DNA of 64,000 bases from Candidatus Latescibacterota bacterium (GCA_965248755.1 OZ252149.1:2624001-2688000), one strand, 5' to 3'. Counted from the stretch's first letter, positions 9,115 through 21,487 are shown. Program-made: numbers and translations. The notes: generated by a model not told the origin, from the letters alone.

Positions 9115-12100
9115 ATGACACGGATAATATTTTATGCCGCTCTGACACTGCTGATCGCTTTGAGTGCGTCCGCCCACGCACAGGCTCTTTTCGGACTTCC
9201 GACCAACTATGCCGCTGGAGCTGTTCCCCGTTCAGTTTTCAGTGCAGATTTAAATAGTGATGGTCGTAATGACTTAGCTGTGGCCAATACGAACAGCAAT
9301 AGTGTGTCAGTGTTCTTAAATGATGGAAATGGTTTATTTCCAACTAAGGTGGACTATGGTGTTGGGAGTAGTCCCCGTTCGGTTTTCAGTGCAGATTTCG
9401 ATGGGGATGGAGATAATGACCTGGCTGTGGCTAATGAGCTCAGCGATAATGTGTCAGTGTTATTGAATAATGGTAATGGGACATTTGCAGATAAGGAGGA
9501 CTATCCTGCTGGAAATGGCCCGTGGTCAGTCTTCAGTGCCGATTTTGATGGAGATCTAGATAATGACTTAGCTGTGGCTAATCGGTACGACGGTGATGTA
9601 TCGGTGTTGTTGAATCCTGGAGATGGTACCTTTGTACCTTCGGGTGCGGATTATGCTGTTGGGATTGGTCCCCGTTCGGTTTTCAGTGCAGATTTCGATG
9701 GGGATGGGGATAGTGACCTGGCTGTGGCTAATCTGAGCAGCAATAGTGTATCAGTCCTATTGAATAATGGAGATGGTATATTTGCATCTACGGACTATGG
9801 CACTGGGAGTGGCCCCTTTTCAGTCTTCAGTGCAGATTTCGATGGGGATGGTAATAATGACTTAGCTACGGTGAATTTGAACAGTAATACTGTATCAGTG
9901 CTATTGAATAATGGGAATGGTACATTTGCAGCTAAGGAGGACTATGCCGCTGGGAATTTACCCCAGTCAGTATTCAGTGCAGATTGGGATGGGAATGGGT
10001 ATAATGACTTAGCTGTAGTTCATAGTCCTGATAAGGTATCAGTGTTGTTGAATAATGGGAATGGTACATTTGCAGCTAAGGAGGCTTATCCTGCTGGAAA
10101 TGGTCCCGTATCAGTCTTCAGTGCGGATTTCAATGGAGATGGAGAAAATGACCTGGCTGTGGCTAATCAGAACGGCGGTAATGTATCAGTGTTGTTGAAT
10201 TTCTCTGGCACGCCATCTCCTCCTGTTGTGACATCTATCGATCCCACTTCTGGACCAGAATTGGGTAGTACCGCTGTCACGATAACAGGGAGTAATTTCC
10301 AGATCGGGGCGACTGTTACTTTCGATGGCAGCGCGGCCACAAATGTACTTATAGCGCCCCTTGGAAATACTATCACCGCTGTAACTCCCGTTCATCCCCC
10401 TGGCACAGTAGATGTGATAGTCACAAATAATCCCAGCGGTCAGGCAGACACCCTCCTTAACGGATTTACTTTTCTTCCTGCTCCTCCTCTTATGACATCT
10501 ATTGATCCCACTTCTGGATCAGAATTCGGTGGTACGCCTGTGACGATAAGAGGGAGTAATTTCTCAGACGGGGCGATTGTTACTTTCGATGACATCGTGG
10601 ACCCAAATGTACTGGTAGCCCTCCTTGGTGACACTATCACCGCTGTAACTCCCCCTCATCCCGCTGGCCCTGTAGATGTGATAGTCACAAATCCCAGCGG
10701 CGAGGCAGACACCCTCCTTAACGGATTTACTTTTCTTCCTGCTCCCCCTCCTGTTGTGACATCTATCGATCCCACTTCTGGAACAGAATTCGGTGGTACG
10801 CCTGTGACCATAACAGGGAGTAATTTCCAGAGCGGGGCGACTGCTACTTTCGATGACAGCGCGGCCACAAACGTACTCGTAGCCCTCCTTGGTGACACTA
10901 TCACCGCTGTAACTCCCGCTCATCCCCCTGGCACCGTAGATGTGATAGTCACAAATCCCAGCGGTCAGGCGGACACCCTCGTTAACGGATTTACTTTTAA
11001 TCCTCCTACCTCTCCTAATCTTTTCGGACCTCCGACCAACTATTTTGTTGGAGTTATTGCCACATCAGTATTCAGTGCAGATTTAGATGGGGATGGGGAT
11101 AATGACCTGGCTGTTAACAATTTTGACGACAATACTGTATCAGTGTGGACTATGCCGTTGGAAGTTCTCCCATATCAGTATTCATTGCGGATTTAGACCG
11201 TGATGGAGATAATGACCTCGCTGTGGCTAATTTGTTCGGTCGTAATGTATCAGTGTTGTTAAATAATGGTGCTGGTACATTTGCACCTAAGGTGGACTAT
11301 GCTGTAGAGAATGATCCGTCTTCGGTTTTCATTTCGGATTTAGACGGTGACGGATATAATGACCTGGCTGTGGCTAATAAAACCAGCGATAATGTGTCAG
11401 TGTTGTTAAATAATGGTGCTGGTACATTTGCACCTAAGGTGGACTATGGTACTGGGGCCAATCCCACATCAGTTTTCATTGCAGATTTTGATGGTGATGG
11501 GGATAATGACCTGGCTGTGGCTAATGAGACCAGCGATAATGTGTCAGTGTTGTTAAACAATGGTGCTGGTACATTTGCACCTAAGGTGGACTATGGTACT
11601 GGGGCCAATCCCTTTTCAGTTTTTAGTCTAGATCTGGATGGTGATGGTGATGATGACTTGGCTACGGGCAATTTTGACGACAATACTGTATCAGTGTTGT
11701 TGAATAATGGGAATGGTACATTTGCAGACAAGGTGGACTATCCTGCTGGAGATGGTCCCATATCAGTCTTCATTGCAGATTTCGATGGTGATGGGGATAA
11801 TGACTTGGCTGTGTCTAATGGTGGCAGCGGAATCGGCACTACTATATCAGTGTTGTTGAACAACGGAGATGGGACATTTGCATTTAGTAGGGCTTATCCT
11901 GCTGGAAATGGTCCCGTATCAGTCTTCAGTGCGGATTTCGATGGAGATGGAGATAATGACCTGGCTGTGGCTAATCAGATCAGTGGTGATGTATCAGTGT
12001 TGTTGAATCTCTCTGACACGCCATCTCCTCCTATTGTGACATCTATTGATTCCACTTCTGGACCAGAATTGGGTGGTACGCCTGTGACGATAACAGGGAG

Positions 12101-14180
12101 TAATTTCCAGATCGGGGCGACTGTTACTTTCGATGACAGCGCGGCCACAAATGTACTTATACAGCCCCTCGGTAATACTATCGCCGCCGTGACTCCCGCT
12201 CATCCCGCTGGCCCTGTAGATGTGATAGTCACAAATCCCAGCGGCGAGGCAGACACCCTCGTTAACGGATTTACTTTTCTTCCTGCTCCTACTCCTGTTG
12301 TGACATCTATCGATCCCACTTCTGGATCAGAATTCGGTGGTACGCCTGTGACGATAACAGGGAGTAATTTCCAGATCGGGGCGACTGCTACTTTCGATGA
12401 CAGCGCGGCCACAAACGTACTCGTAGCCCTCCTTGGTGACACTATCACCGCTGTAACTCCCGTTCATCCCCCTGGCCCTGTAGATGTGATAGTCACAAAT
12501 CCCAGCGGTCAGGCGGACACCCTCCTTAACGGATTTACTTTTCTTTCTGCTACCCCTCCTGTTGTGACATCTATCAATCCCACTTCTGGAACAGAATTCG
12601 GTGGTACACCTGTGGCGATAACAGGGAGTAATTTCCAGAGCGGGGCGACTGTTACTTTCGATGACATCGCGGCCACGAATGTACTCGTAGCACTCCTTGG
12701 TGACACTATCACCGCTGTGACTCCCGCTCATCCTGCTGACAGTGTAGATGTGATAGTCACGAATCCCAGCGGTCTGGCAGATACGCTCTCCTATAGATTT
12801 GAGTTTATTGCCGATTCTGCGGTTGTCACGATAGGTGCTGGTGCAGAGATTGCAAGTCCCGGAGGACACGCTGTAGTTCCTATCTTTTCCTCTAATCTGA
12901 CAGGTCGAAACGTGTTTTCAGTCGAGATAACTCTCCGTTTTGATCCAGCCTTTGTGCAATTCATGCACGCATCTCCGGGACCAGGACATGACTTTCCCAG
13001 TGGTTTCTTTTTTAACTCCCCTGAGCCTGGCAGAGCTATAATAGCCTTTGGCTCCATAACTCCGCTTCTTGATACTCCAGCAGGTATCCTGGCATTTGCA
13101 GTGTTCGAAGTGAACGCCTCTGCATCGTTAGGCTCAAGGATCGATATATTTGTGCCGGAAGATCGAGCGATCGTAAACGAAGGCTTTCCCCCTGTGACCA
13201 CGTTCAATGGCAATATCATAGTAGGAATAGTAGGAGATATCAGCGGGAATGGTGATGTTAGGGCTTTCGACGCGGTTTTAGCGCTGATGCATTCGGTAGG
13301 GATCCGAAACATAAGAGACGAGTTCTTTGGCGGCGACGAAGGAGTATTTCTAGCAATTTCGGATGTAACTCGCAACTTGGAAGTGACATCTTTTGATGCC
13401 GTTCGGATCCTTCAGTTTGTAGTTGAGTTGATCCCAGGACTCCCGTACCTCGGGACTGATGGCCCTGCGAAGGTCGCAGACGTCTCTCTTCGCACGGTGG
13501 GTTTCTCAGATGCCTCTCGATTATCCAAGTACACTCTAAAAGTCCCTCTTTCTATAGACGATATGTCAGGAGTTCTCGGCGCGGATATATCTATAACGTA
13601 TGATTCATCGAAGTTGAAAGCAGTGGGAGTGTCTCCTTCGGGTATGCTATCGTCATTTGTGTTCCAGAGCAACATCGTGGACGACAAGGTTAGGATAGCC
13701 TTTGCCTCTGCTTATCCTGTGGAAGGAGGGGGAGATATGGCCTACATTCAATTTGAGGTCGTTGACGGTCTGAGCGATGAATTGAAGGATGATCTGTTGA
13801 AGATTTCAGGCGTTCAACTCAACGAGGGATTAATTCCTGCTATAATAGACCAGTCGGAACTGTCGTTGGATGAATCTTCCACTCCCGAGACTTACGCTCT
13901 CTCACAGAACTTCCCGAACCCGTTTAATCCTACGACCACTATCCGATTTGCAGTGCGTCCTGATGATCAAAGGACAAACGTGGAACTGTCGGTCTACAAC
14001 CTGTCGGGACAGAGGATAAGGACACTGATCTCCGGCAAGATGGAAAGCGGAGAGTTTGCTGTTACGTGGGACGGGAAAGACGAGGTTGGAAAAGAGGTTG
14101 CAAGCGGAGTCTATCTCTACAGATTGGATGTAGATAAGAACAGGTTCACCCAGACACGGAAGATGGTCTTGATGAGATAG
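9115..14180 (+). pseudogene. Large secreted FG-GAP + IPT/TIG + cohesin-dockerin-cohesin + FlgD-Ig protein, frameshifted at ~11145
   Basis: ATG 9115 after GGAGG; ADFDGDGDNDLAVAN repeats; six IPT repeats; ~37-nt deletion inside one FG-GAP repeat shifts the frame (ORFs 9055-11196 and 11145-14180). Confidence 0.8.
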
Positions 14181-14203
14181 ACCTCTTTTGATCGGAGAGT
14201 CAT

Positions 14204-14244
14204 AGAAGAGCCGAAGCTCAGTTTCTAAGGGCTTCGGCTCTCTT
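14204..14244. terminator. Terminator hairpin between convergent genes
   Basis: AGAGCCGAAGC...GCTTCGGCTCT, near-identical to 8933-8973. Confidence 0.7.
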
Positions 14245-14324
14245 AGTTTGCAATATATCTCTCGACGATTGAGGATCCCTTGAAGAGATTCGATTAAGGT
14301 TCGGTTGATATATCCTCTACTCAG

Positions 14325-15875
14325 TCAGCTCACTCTGTCAAACCCACATAATTTGAGAGTTGATACCTTCTTTGTCTTCAGATCGGCGGCACGGATCACG
14401 TGGTTATTGGTGTCTGCGATATAGAGTTTGTCATAGGCCACACTTACCCCGGCCGGTTCATCGAAGGTGGCTGAATCGCCATCACGTAGGCCCTCTTCGC
14501 CTGTCCCCAGGAAGGTCACTGCGCTTTTTGTGCGCGGAAACACCTGTTTGATCTTGTTGTTGTAGGTGTCCGCCACAAAGAGAACGCCATCGTGATAGAC
14601 AACGCCCAGGGGATGCTGCAGACGAACGTGCTCCCCATTCCCATCTTGGTCGCCGAATTCGAACAGGTCGAGGCCCACGATGGTCTCAACGCTGCCATTT
14701 AGATCCAGATCGGCGGCGCGAATAGAGCTGACTTCGCTATCGGCAAAGTAGAGTTTATCACCGTCGGTGGTGATTCCTGAAGGCTGTGCCAGCGCAGAGG
14801 CGCGCAGGGGTCCATCGATCCGGGCTTCCTGTCCGCTGCCGGCGTAGGGACCGATTTCGGCACTCTCTATATCCATCTTCCAGATCTGGTGTGGTCCAGC
14901 CATGGCGATATACAGATAACCATCGTGCACTACGAGGTCCCAGGGCGAGTTCAGCGCCACGTCTACGCCGACGCCCAAATTGTTAAATTGCCGCGCCTGC
15001 ACTCCCATCCCGGCGATTGTGGTAACGCTCTTACTTTCCAGATCCACACTGCGGATAGCGTGATTTTCCGTGTCCGCTACATACAGAGTCCGACCATCCG
15101 GAGTAAGTGCCATGCCCTGAGGGTGGTTAAACGCCGCCTCTTGAAAGTTCCCATTATCCAGTCCGCTGGAACCATTGCCGACAATGTCTTGTAACGTGCC
15201 ATCCAGAGAGGCGATGACGATGCGGTTGTGATTGGAATCGGCTATAAAGAGGCGCTCTGATGCCTCGTCCGCTAGCACCTTGCCGGGGAAGGAAAGGTCA
15301 GTCGCTGACTCCGTGTCAGTCGCTGACTCCGTGTCGGTCGCCGACTCCGCGGTCAAATCGGACAGGCGCTGGCGTTCGAAATTAAATGTGAGAGGCTCAC
15401 GATCTATGAGCCCCTGGCTTTCGAACTCCTGAATTACCTGGCCGATCAGTCGGTCAAACACCTCGTAGATCTCCTCACCCGGCAGATACCCTACCACCTT
15501 CCCAACAGGATCGATCAGATAGAGACTCGGCCAGGAACGCACACTGTACTTTTGCCAGATGACCATATCCCTATCGTTTACCACAGGGTGCTGGATCTCA
15601 TAGCGGAGGATCGCCTGGCGGATATTGTCCGTCTCCTTTTCGGTGGTAAATTTGGCCGAATGCACCCCAATTACTACGAGCTCGCGGCTGTATTTCCGTT
15701 CAAGCTTCTTCAGATCAGGAAGGACGTGCATGCAGTTGATACAGCAGTAGGTCCAGAAATCCAGCAGGACTACTTTCCCGCGAAGCGCCTTCAAAGTAAC
15801 CGGGTACTCGGTGTTGAGCCAGTGCATCCCCTCTGGGAAGTCAGGAGCGTCCACTTTTTCCGCATAGTCTGACAT
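14325..15875 (-). CDS. Thioredoxin-like + NHL-repeat protein (NHLRC2/SOQ1-like)
   Basis: [22 protein letters not shown] repeats (FNHPQG, LAQPSG, LQHPLG). Confidence 0.9.
   Translation of the reverse strand: MSDYAEKVDAPDFPEGMHWLNTEYPVTLKALRGKVVLLDFWTYCCINCMHVLPDLKKLERKYSRELVVIGVHSAKFTTEKETDNIRQAILRYEIQHPVVNDRDMVIWQKYSVRSWPSLYLIDPVGKVVGYLPGEEIYEVFDRLIGQVIQEFESQGLIDREPLTFNFERQRLSDLTAESATDTESATDTESATDLSFPGKVLADEASERLFIADSNHNRIVIASLDGTLQDIVGNGSSGLDNGNFQEAAFNHPQGMALTPDGRTLYVADTENHAIRSVDLESKSVTTIAGMGVQARQFNNLGVGVDVALNSPWDLVVHDGYLYIAMAGPHQIWKMDIESAEIGPYAGSGQEARIDGPLRASALAQPSGITTDGDKLYFADSEVSSIRAADLDLNGSVETIVGLDLFEFGDQDGNGEHVRLQHPLGVVYHDGVLFVADTYNNKIKQVFPRTKSAVTFLGTGEEGLRDGDSATFDEPAGVSVAYDKLYIADTNNHVIRAADLKTKKVSTLKLCGFDRVS
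15297..15350. repeat. 3 x 18-bp in-frame tandem repeat (TESATD) in the Trx-NHL linker
   Basis: GTCAGTCGCTGACTCCGT x2 plus one degenerate copy. Confidence 0.9.
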
Positions 15876-15889
15876 CCAAGCTGTCTCCC

Positions 15890-16558
15890 CTAAACATTTT
15901 GGCCTATCGCATCCCAGTACATCAGCTCGTACGCTTGCAGCAGTCGCGCGGCGCGGCCGATGAGGGCTGGAGCGATTCCGCGGTCGAGTCCGCCCTGAAT
16001 GACCAGCAGTGCTTCTTCTTCAAAGGGCGGAAGATTGGCGAACCGGTCGAAGAACTCCACGTCCGCCTCAAGAAAATCATATTGTTCTATAAGCGCCTTG
16101 CTCATTCGCCCGCAGTTGGCGCCCCACGCAGCAAAGTTGAGGAGGAAGGCAGCGGCGAGTTCCGCGTCGGAGCCGTAGAGCGAAAGCCATGCCACAAACG
16201 CACAGTAGGCGTGACCTCCCGGCAGCGGCTCAAACGCATTCAGATCGCCCTCGCTCATTCCCAGCGCTGCCCCGAATTTCAGGAGCGCCTCAAAGGCCGC
16301 GGTTTCCCCCTCGAGCACTCCCAGCAAAAACCTGCGGCTCGGCAGATGCCCGTGCCGGGACACTAACTGTGCTACACTTCTCAGGTCGCTCCCGATGACG
16401 TGATACTGCTGTCCAGCAAAGACCTTTAAACTCTCGGCTTCAACGTGTCCCTTTTCCAGGGCGTCGAGATAAGGATGATGTAGGATTCTCCCTTCAAGAG
16501 GTTTCAAGTCAGAGCGAATCTGTTCAACAAGTTGACGGACGTCGGCCATAGAAATCAC
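15890..16558 (-). CDS. TenA/PqqC (heme-oxygenase-like fold) protein
   Basis: HPYLDAL..G, FAGQQY, C-terminal YELMYWDA. Confidence 0.7.
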   Translation of the reverse strand: MISMADVRQLVEQIRSDLKPLEGRILHHPYLDALEKGHVEAESLKVFAGQQYHVIGSDLRSVAQLVSRHGHLPSRRFLLGVLEGETAAFEALLKFGAALGMSEGDLNAFEPLPGGHAYCAFVAWLSLYGSDAELAAAFLLNFAAWGANCGRMSKALIEQYDFLEADVEFFDRFANLPPFEEEALLVIQGGLDRGIAPALIGRAARLLQAYELMYWDAIGQNV

Positions 16559-17199
16559 CTCTCTCCAATTAGCACCAACGCCGCTGTGTAGTTATGGGCG
16601 TAGTTGCGCCCGCCCACCGGGGCAATCTCTCCGTTGCCGAAAAAGCCGATCAGGGGCAACTCCCCGAAGAACTCCTTGATAACCCCCAGGTCATGGTTGG
16701 GTTGTCCATAAAGCCCCGCACCCCGTCCCAGACAGTTGAAGCAAAGACCGAAGTGCAAGTTTACCCCCTGCGTCTGCCCGAACAGGCCAGAGACCATCTG
16801 GTGCATGTCGCTACGGGCAGCGCGGGCGTCCCGGATTTGGAACTGGGCAGTTTGACCTTCCTGCACTAGTTGTGCCACTGCTGTGCCTTGCGATTTCGGG
16901 TCCATTCCAATAATGTTGCACACCAGGAAGTCACCCCGCTCGGAGACGCGTTCTCTTCCACAGCGATTCCCACAAACAGATTGTGCATCGCCCGCTCCCT
17001 CTCATCGTCCGGGAGCTCCTGAAAGACCTCTTCCAGCGCCTTCAGGGTGGGGCGGCCGTCCATTTCCAGGATGAGGTTCCCTTCACAGCGGGTGATGAAG
17101 CCCGGTTCCCCGATAGGTTCACTGCCCTGCGCCACACCGACGTGCGTGGTGAACTGGCTGCCCCAGAGGACTCCGGAGATCCCATGAACCTCCTGGAAG
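16555..17199 (-). pseudogene. FIST signal-transduction protein, C-terminal half (frameshift ~16940)
   Basis: VAQGSEPIG...EMDGRP then, in a shifted frame, RGDFLVCNIIG...CLGRG...GFFGNGEI. Confidence 0.85.
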
Positions 17200-17251
17200 T
17201 ATCTTAAAGAGCCCAAATGGATACATGCTTTGATCAATTCTGGGGAATGGT

Positions 17252-17284
17252 AAGGCCCCGGTTCCTAACTAGACCCAGGGCCTT
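17252..17284 (-). terminator. Hairpin downstream of the matrixin gene
   Basis: AAGGCCCTGG...CCGGGGCCTT on minus strand; lacks a clear U-tract. Confidence 0.5.
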
Positions 17285-17319
17285 GTTGTTATCTATCTTC
17301 GTTGGACCATACTCCCAGC

Positions 17320-20300
17320 CTAACGCATCAGCATGACTTTCCGTGTATATGTCCGTTCATTGGTTTCCAATGTATAAGTCCTTTCATTGATTTTCAATTG
17401 GACTATATACATCCCGCTTCCCACTGGCTGACCACTCTCGTCTTGCCCATTCCAGACGACCGCATACTCTCCAGCAGGCTGTAATTCCTCCGGCATCAAC
17501 TCCTGCACACGTTGACCTAACAAATTGTAGATGGACAACTGTACCCGGGCTGTCTCCGGTAACTGGAACCTTACGGTAGTGCTCGGGTTGAACGGATTAG
17601 GCGATGTTTCCAGACCTATGTCTGAAGATGCTCCTGATGCTGTTGAAGCTGAAGCGACCGGTTGAGATGCTGCTCCTCCCGCCGGTGGTGGCAAATCCTC
17701 AACGTCCAGAAGGGCCGACCAGGCGGCATATGCCGCTGGGTGATTTGGATAGTCTCTTAAGATCGGCTCTAACAACTCTCGAGCCCTGGTCGCATCCTTC
17801 AGAAAATACATATACACAGAGCCCAAAGCCGTCTGTGCTGAGAGTCGGTCTGCAACATCGTCAGCTGTTACGATCTCCTGCTCGTAAGCGGCTATTGCTG
17901 CATCATACTGCTCGTCTGCCACCAGAGCGTGGCGCCACAGGCTGGACGCTTTTCGCCGTACCTTCTCGGACGGATGGTCCAATGCCAGACCCTCAAGACG
18001 CCCGATCACATAGCCTAGATCAGTCCCCCTGTGGAGAGCCGCCCGATAGAGTCCGTTTGTCGCACGCTCTGCGATCTTGGACTCATCGGTATCCGACAAA
18101 AGCTGATCGTAAGTTGCGACAGCAGCATCGAACTGTCTATTACTCTCCGCCTCCGCTGCTTGGCGCAGACGCTCGTACTCAGGGTTGACTTCGTAGGCGG
18201 ACGCGATCAGTTTGAAGTTGGCCGACGTGTCAAAAGGTCGGAAGGTTACCTTATCACTGGGAGAGAACAGCAACGTGGAGTCTGGATTGCTGCTCCCCCA
18301 GTAGTTGCCTATAGCCGTAATCGTACTGTAGGCGAACGATGTGTTAATGTATACGGCGTATCCTGTATTGTCGTGTATGTCGTTATTCCCCCAGTCCATG
18401 GCATTACCCAACGCTGGATCACAATTCCATACGACGTAGATCTCGTGACTTCCATTGTTCGTGATCTTATTGCGATCCCCGGCCGCTTCCAGTTCCGGGT
18501 CTGAATCATCATACAAGTGAATCCCATATGTCGAGTTGTCGTAGATCTCGTTATCTCCAAAGCGAGGACTACATTCGTCGTAAAGAGTTACTCCATCGAC
18601 GTTGTCATACATCTTATTGTGGTGGAATGAGATAGGAGAACTGGAATACTGCATGTAAATGCCTTTGCCATTGTTGCTGTAAGAGTTGTTGTTATAAACA
18701 TTCGGGACTGAGCTGGAGACAAGATTAAGCCCATCTACATTACTGTACAAGTTGTTATGGTGAATCTTGCCTGTGCTGCCCATTCCTATCGCTTTGATGC
18801 CCTGCACACAGTTGAAAATCTTGTTATCATGGATTTCGGGATTAGCACTTTTAACGTACACCCCATACTTCGCATTCTGGATATCACTGAACTTCACGTA
18901 ACTACTGCCTGCATTCGACTCGAAGACGATGCCGTACCACTTGTTACTCGCACTGCCGCCATTTTTCGCTTTGAATATGACGCGACTGCTGCTAGTACCG
19001 TTAACTTCCAGCTTACCATTAGCATTAACAATAAGCTCGCATTTGGAAGCATCCGCGCCTCCAGATTGTGAGTCAGTTGTAGAGACCTCGACTGTCATGC
19101 CTTTATCTATGGTCAGGGTTACTCCTGAGGGTACTGTAACATCTCCTGTCATCTGTACGAACTTGTTCGGAGACTTCCACTCGAATTCCCTCAGATCCGA
19201 GTTGCTCGACAGAGTACCAGACGCTACTCTGTAGAGCCAGGAGGCACCGGCAGCATCTCCATTCTCCAGGGTTCTCTTACAGATGTACTCACACGCCGGT
19301 ACTGTAGACCCATGCATAGTATTCAAGTCGTCGCTAGTTGTGTGCCACAGGCCAATGGCATGTCCGAATTCGTGAGTGCCTGTGCCCTGGATATCTTTAT
19401 CGCTATCCTCATGATCATCAGTTTTCCAGGTACGATTAGTGTTGAATTCTATATCGAATTCTGTCAATATATGATACCCCCCAATGTAGGTCACTTCTGG
19501 ATTGGCATAAGCTGCAGGAGCAGGTCCCAAATCCGTCCAACTTATGGTATTTATGCTATCATTAGCATACGTCAGTGTAGTATCACCGGCGTAGGTAAGA
19601 TTGAGATAAGAGTCCCCGACGTTATTCCACGTATTGGCGGCGTTTTTTATTGCAGTTCGAGTATCATCTGCCGAGACTCCGGAACCATCCGGATTAATAT
19701 AGTAATCGATTCCACCTTTAGCCGTGATAGCATCCCACGCTGATGGATTGCCTCCATACCAACGTCCTTCTGGAGCGAGCTCATTAAATTTATCATTGAG
19801 TGCTTTAGCAACTTTCGCGGCGAATGGAGCCTCCCATTCTACTTTTTCACCTCGGGAACTTGCCCTTACTTTGTCTCTAAACTCCTGAAATGACAGATTT
19901 CTATCCTTCCCGTGTATCTCCTTTGTTTTCAAAATGCGGTCATTAACTACCCGGAACGTGCCATGCGTCCACCCAACAACCTCATAGTTGCTTTCCGTGC
20001 CTTTCTTAAGGAAAAGAAAATATTCTGCCCCGACATCAAACCAGGGCGCATCAATAGTATAATGTATTATGTTTCCACTTCGGCCTCCTCGTGTCCTAAT
20101 TATAATTTCCTGCTGTAGAACTTCCCCTAACACTACCTCAAGTACCGTGAAGGAGGTGTTAGTATACATGCGGCGTGTTTCTTCATCCCGTTTCGTTTCT
20201 TGATTAGTAGCTATTCCGCGTATTACAAAATCGGATTGTGAAATAAAAAAGTCTTCCGATGTAGTGTGCCACGTTGTTGCTTCTATGGTAGAAACGGCCA

Positions 20301-20373
20301 GCAACACATAAATGCTGATGATAGTTATAGCATAGGGCTGTTTCAGGGATTTAAGAATTCTCTCAGTCGTCGT
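17320..20373 (-). CDS. Secreted matrixin/M10-like metalloprotease + parallel beta-helix + TPR + FlgD-Ig CTD
   Basis: HEFGHAIGLWH zinc motif with Met-turn; NosD-like repeats; SPNPFNP CTD; frame is open to ACG 20373, which aligns with an ATG in the paralogous remnant. Confidence 0.85.
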   Translation of the reverse strand, partial: TTTERILKSLKQPYAITIISIYVLLAVSTIEATTWHTTSEDFFISQSDFVIRGIATNQETKRDEETRRMYTNTSFTVLEVVLGEVLQQEIIIRTRGGRSGNIIHYTIDAPWFDVGAEYFLFLKKGTESNYEVVGWTHGTFRVVNDRILKTKEIHGKDRNLSFQEFRDKVRASSRGEKVEWEAPFAAKVAKALNDKFNELAPEGRWYGGNPSAWDAITAKGGIDYYINPDGSGVSADDTRTAIKNAANTWNNVGDSYLNLTYAGDTTLTYANDSINTISWTDLGPAPAAYANPEVTYIGGYHILTEFDIEFNTNRTWKTDDHEDSDKDIQGTGTHEFGHAIGLWHTTSDDLNTMHGSTVPACEYICKRTLENGDAAGASWLYRVASGTLSSNSDLREFEWKSPNKFVQMTGDVTVPSGVTLTIDKGMTVEVSTTDSQSGGADASKCELIVNANGKLEVNGTSSSRVIFKAKNGGSASNKWYGIVFESNAGSSYVKFSDIQNAKYGVYVKSANPEIHDNKIFNCVQGIKAIGMGSTGKIHHNNLYSNVDGLNLVSSSVPNVYNNNSYSNNGKGIYMQYSSSPISFHHNKMYDNVDGVTLYDECSPRFGDNEIYDNSTYGIHLYDDSDPELEAAGDRNKITNNGSHEIYVVWNCDPALGNAMDWGNNDIHDNTGYAVYINTSFAYSTITAIGNYWGSSNPDSTLLFSPSDKVTFRPFDTSANFKLIASAYEVNPEYERLRQAAEAESNRQFDAAVATYDQLLSDTDESKIAERATNGLYRAALHRGTDLGYVIGRLEGLALDHPSEKVRRKASSLWRHALVADEQYDAAIAAYEQEIVTADDVADRLSAQTALGSVYMYFLKDATRARELLEPILRDYPNHPAAYAAWSALLDVEDLPPPAGGAASQPVASASTASGASSDIGLETSPNPFNPSTTVRFQLPETARVQLSIYNLLGQRVQELMPEELQPAGEYAVVWNGQDESGQPVGSGMYIVQLKINERTYTLETNERTYTRKVMLMR

Positions 20374-21487
20374 CGTTCATCTCCATTGTAAAATGTGACT
20401 TAATCTTTCCCCACGAATTAGCCTCCACAGCGGTCGGATCAGGATACTCTGGAAGCGGCACGAAGAACAGACCGTCAGGTCTCCCGACGTAAAGACGCGA
20501 TCTATCCGGATCTAAGGCCAGTGCAAAAACAAGACCGTGCCATTCTTCAAAATTCAAAGGTTGACTGCCCAAAGGCTGCCAGGTAACTCCCCCGTCAGTC
20601 GTGTAAAATACCCCCTCTGTAGTACCCGCGTAGATAACACCAGGAGCATCTGGATCTGGCAGCAAGCAGACAGTGTTTCCCCAGATGGGGAGCCGATATT
20701 CTTCAGTATCGATCGGAGGACCATATTCGAGCCCCTCCCACGTATCTCCTTCGTCCAGACTCCGATATACGACCACCGCTCTTTCATCTCTGATTAATCC
20801 TTTGCCAGCGTAAAAGATCTTCTCGTCCGAAGAGAACGCGAAGGCCCCACTCACTATTGAAAGATCCTCCCAGGTCTCACCGCCATCCCTGCTCCGGCGG
20901 AAAGGAACGCCGGCCTTGAAGGCAAAGATAGTACTGCCGTCACTCGTCGCTTCGATTTCAGTCCCCGAATTACCTCCTATGTCGTTGTAAGGCACATACA
21001 ACGAACGCCACTGCTTACCTCCATCATCCGTCCGGTAAACACGCCCGCGAGGTCCCTGTGCTAACAACAATTCCGAATTAAGAGAACTTATCCATAGTTC
21101 GTTCATAGGCCCCCCCAGTAAACCCTGATTGATCCCTACCCAGTGTCTTCCTCCATCTTCGCTGCGATACAGACCGTTGCCCGAAGCTACATAGATCCGT
21201 GATGGATCGGAAGGATCAATGGCAAGGTTTAGGATACTCAGGTTTCCCAAACCCTCGTTCATCGCTTCTACTTCTCCAGTATCTGGAGTAAATCGAAGGA
21301 CCCCGACCTCTTCATTTCCTTCAATGCCCACGTAGACTAGGTTCCCACCAGGTACGACTGCAATCGCTCTGACGTAATTAGTGATAATTGGGGCGGACAT
21401 CTGGGCGTGTATTTGTGCAGCGATACCCACGATAACAAAAATTATCGTAGCCAGAACCGTGGAAGGCTTCACTGCTAGTCTTCTCAT
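20363..21487 (-). CDS. Secreted BNR/Asp-box beta-propeller with SWGxIK tail
   Basis: SxDGGxxW repeats; signal peptide; ends PTAVEANSWGKIKSHF. Confidence 0.85.
   Translation of the reverse strand: MRRLAVKPSTVLATIIFVIVGIAAQIHAQMSAPIITNYVRAIAVVPGGNLVYVGIEGNEEVGVLRFTPDTGEVEAMNEGLGNLSILNLAIDPSDPSRIYVASGNGLYRSEDGGRHWVGINQGLLGGPMNELWISSLNSELLLAQGPRGRVYRTDDGGKQWRSLYVPYNDIGGNSGTEIEATSDGSTIFAFKAGVPFRRSRDGGETWEDLSIVSGAFAFSSDEKIFYAGKGLIRDERAVVVYRSLDEGDTWEGLEYGPPIDTEEYRLPIWGNTVCLLPDPDAPGVIYAGTTEGVFYTTDGGVTWQPLGSQPLNFEEWHGLVFALALDPDRSRLYVGRPDGLFFVPLPEYPDPTAVEANSWGKIKSHFTMEMNDDD

Noticed and set aside
9200..12800. Regular DNA repeats as a possible CRISPR or non-coding array
   Set aside because: They are in-frame FG-GAP and IPT coding repeats with no unique spacers and no cas genes
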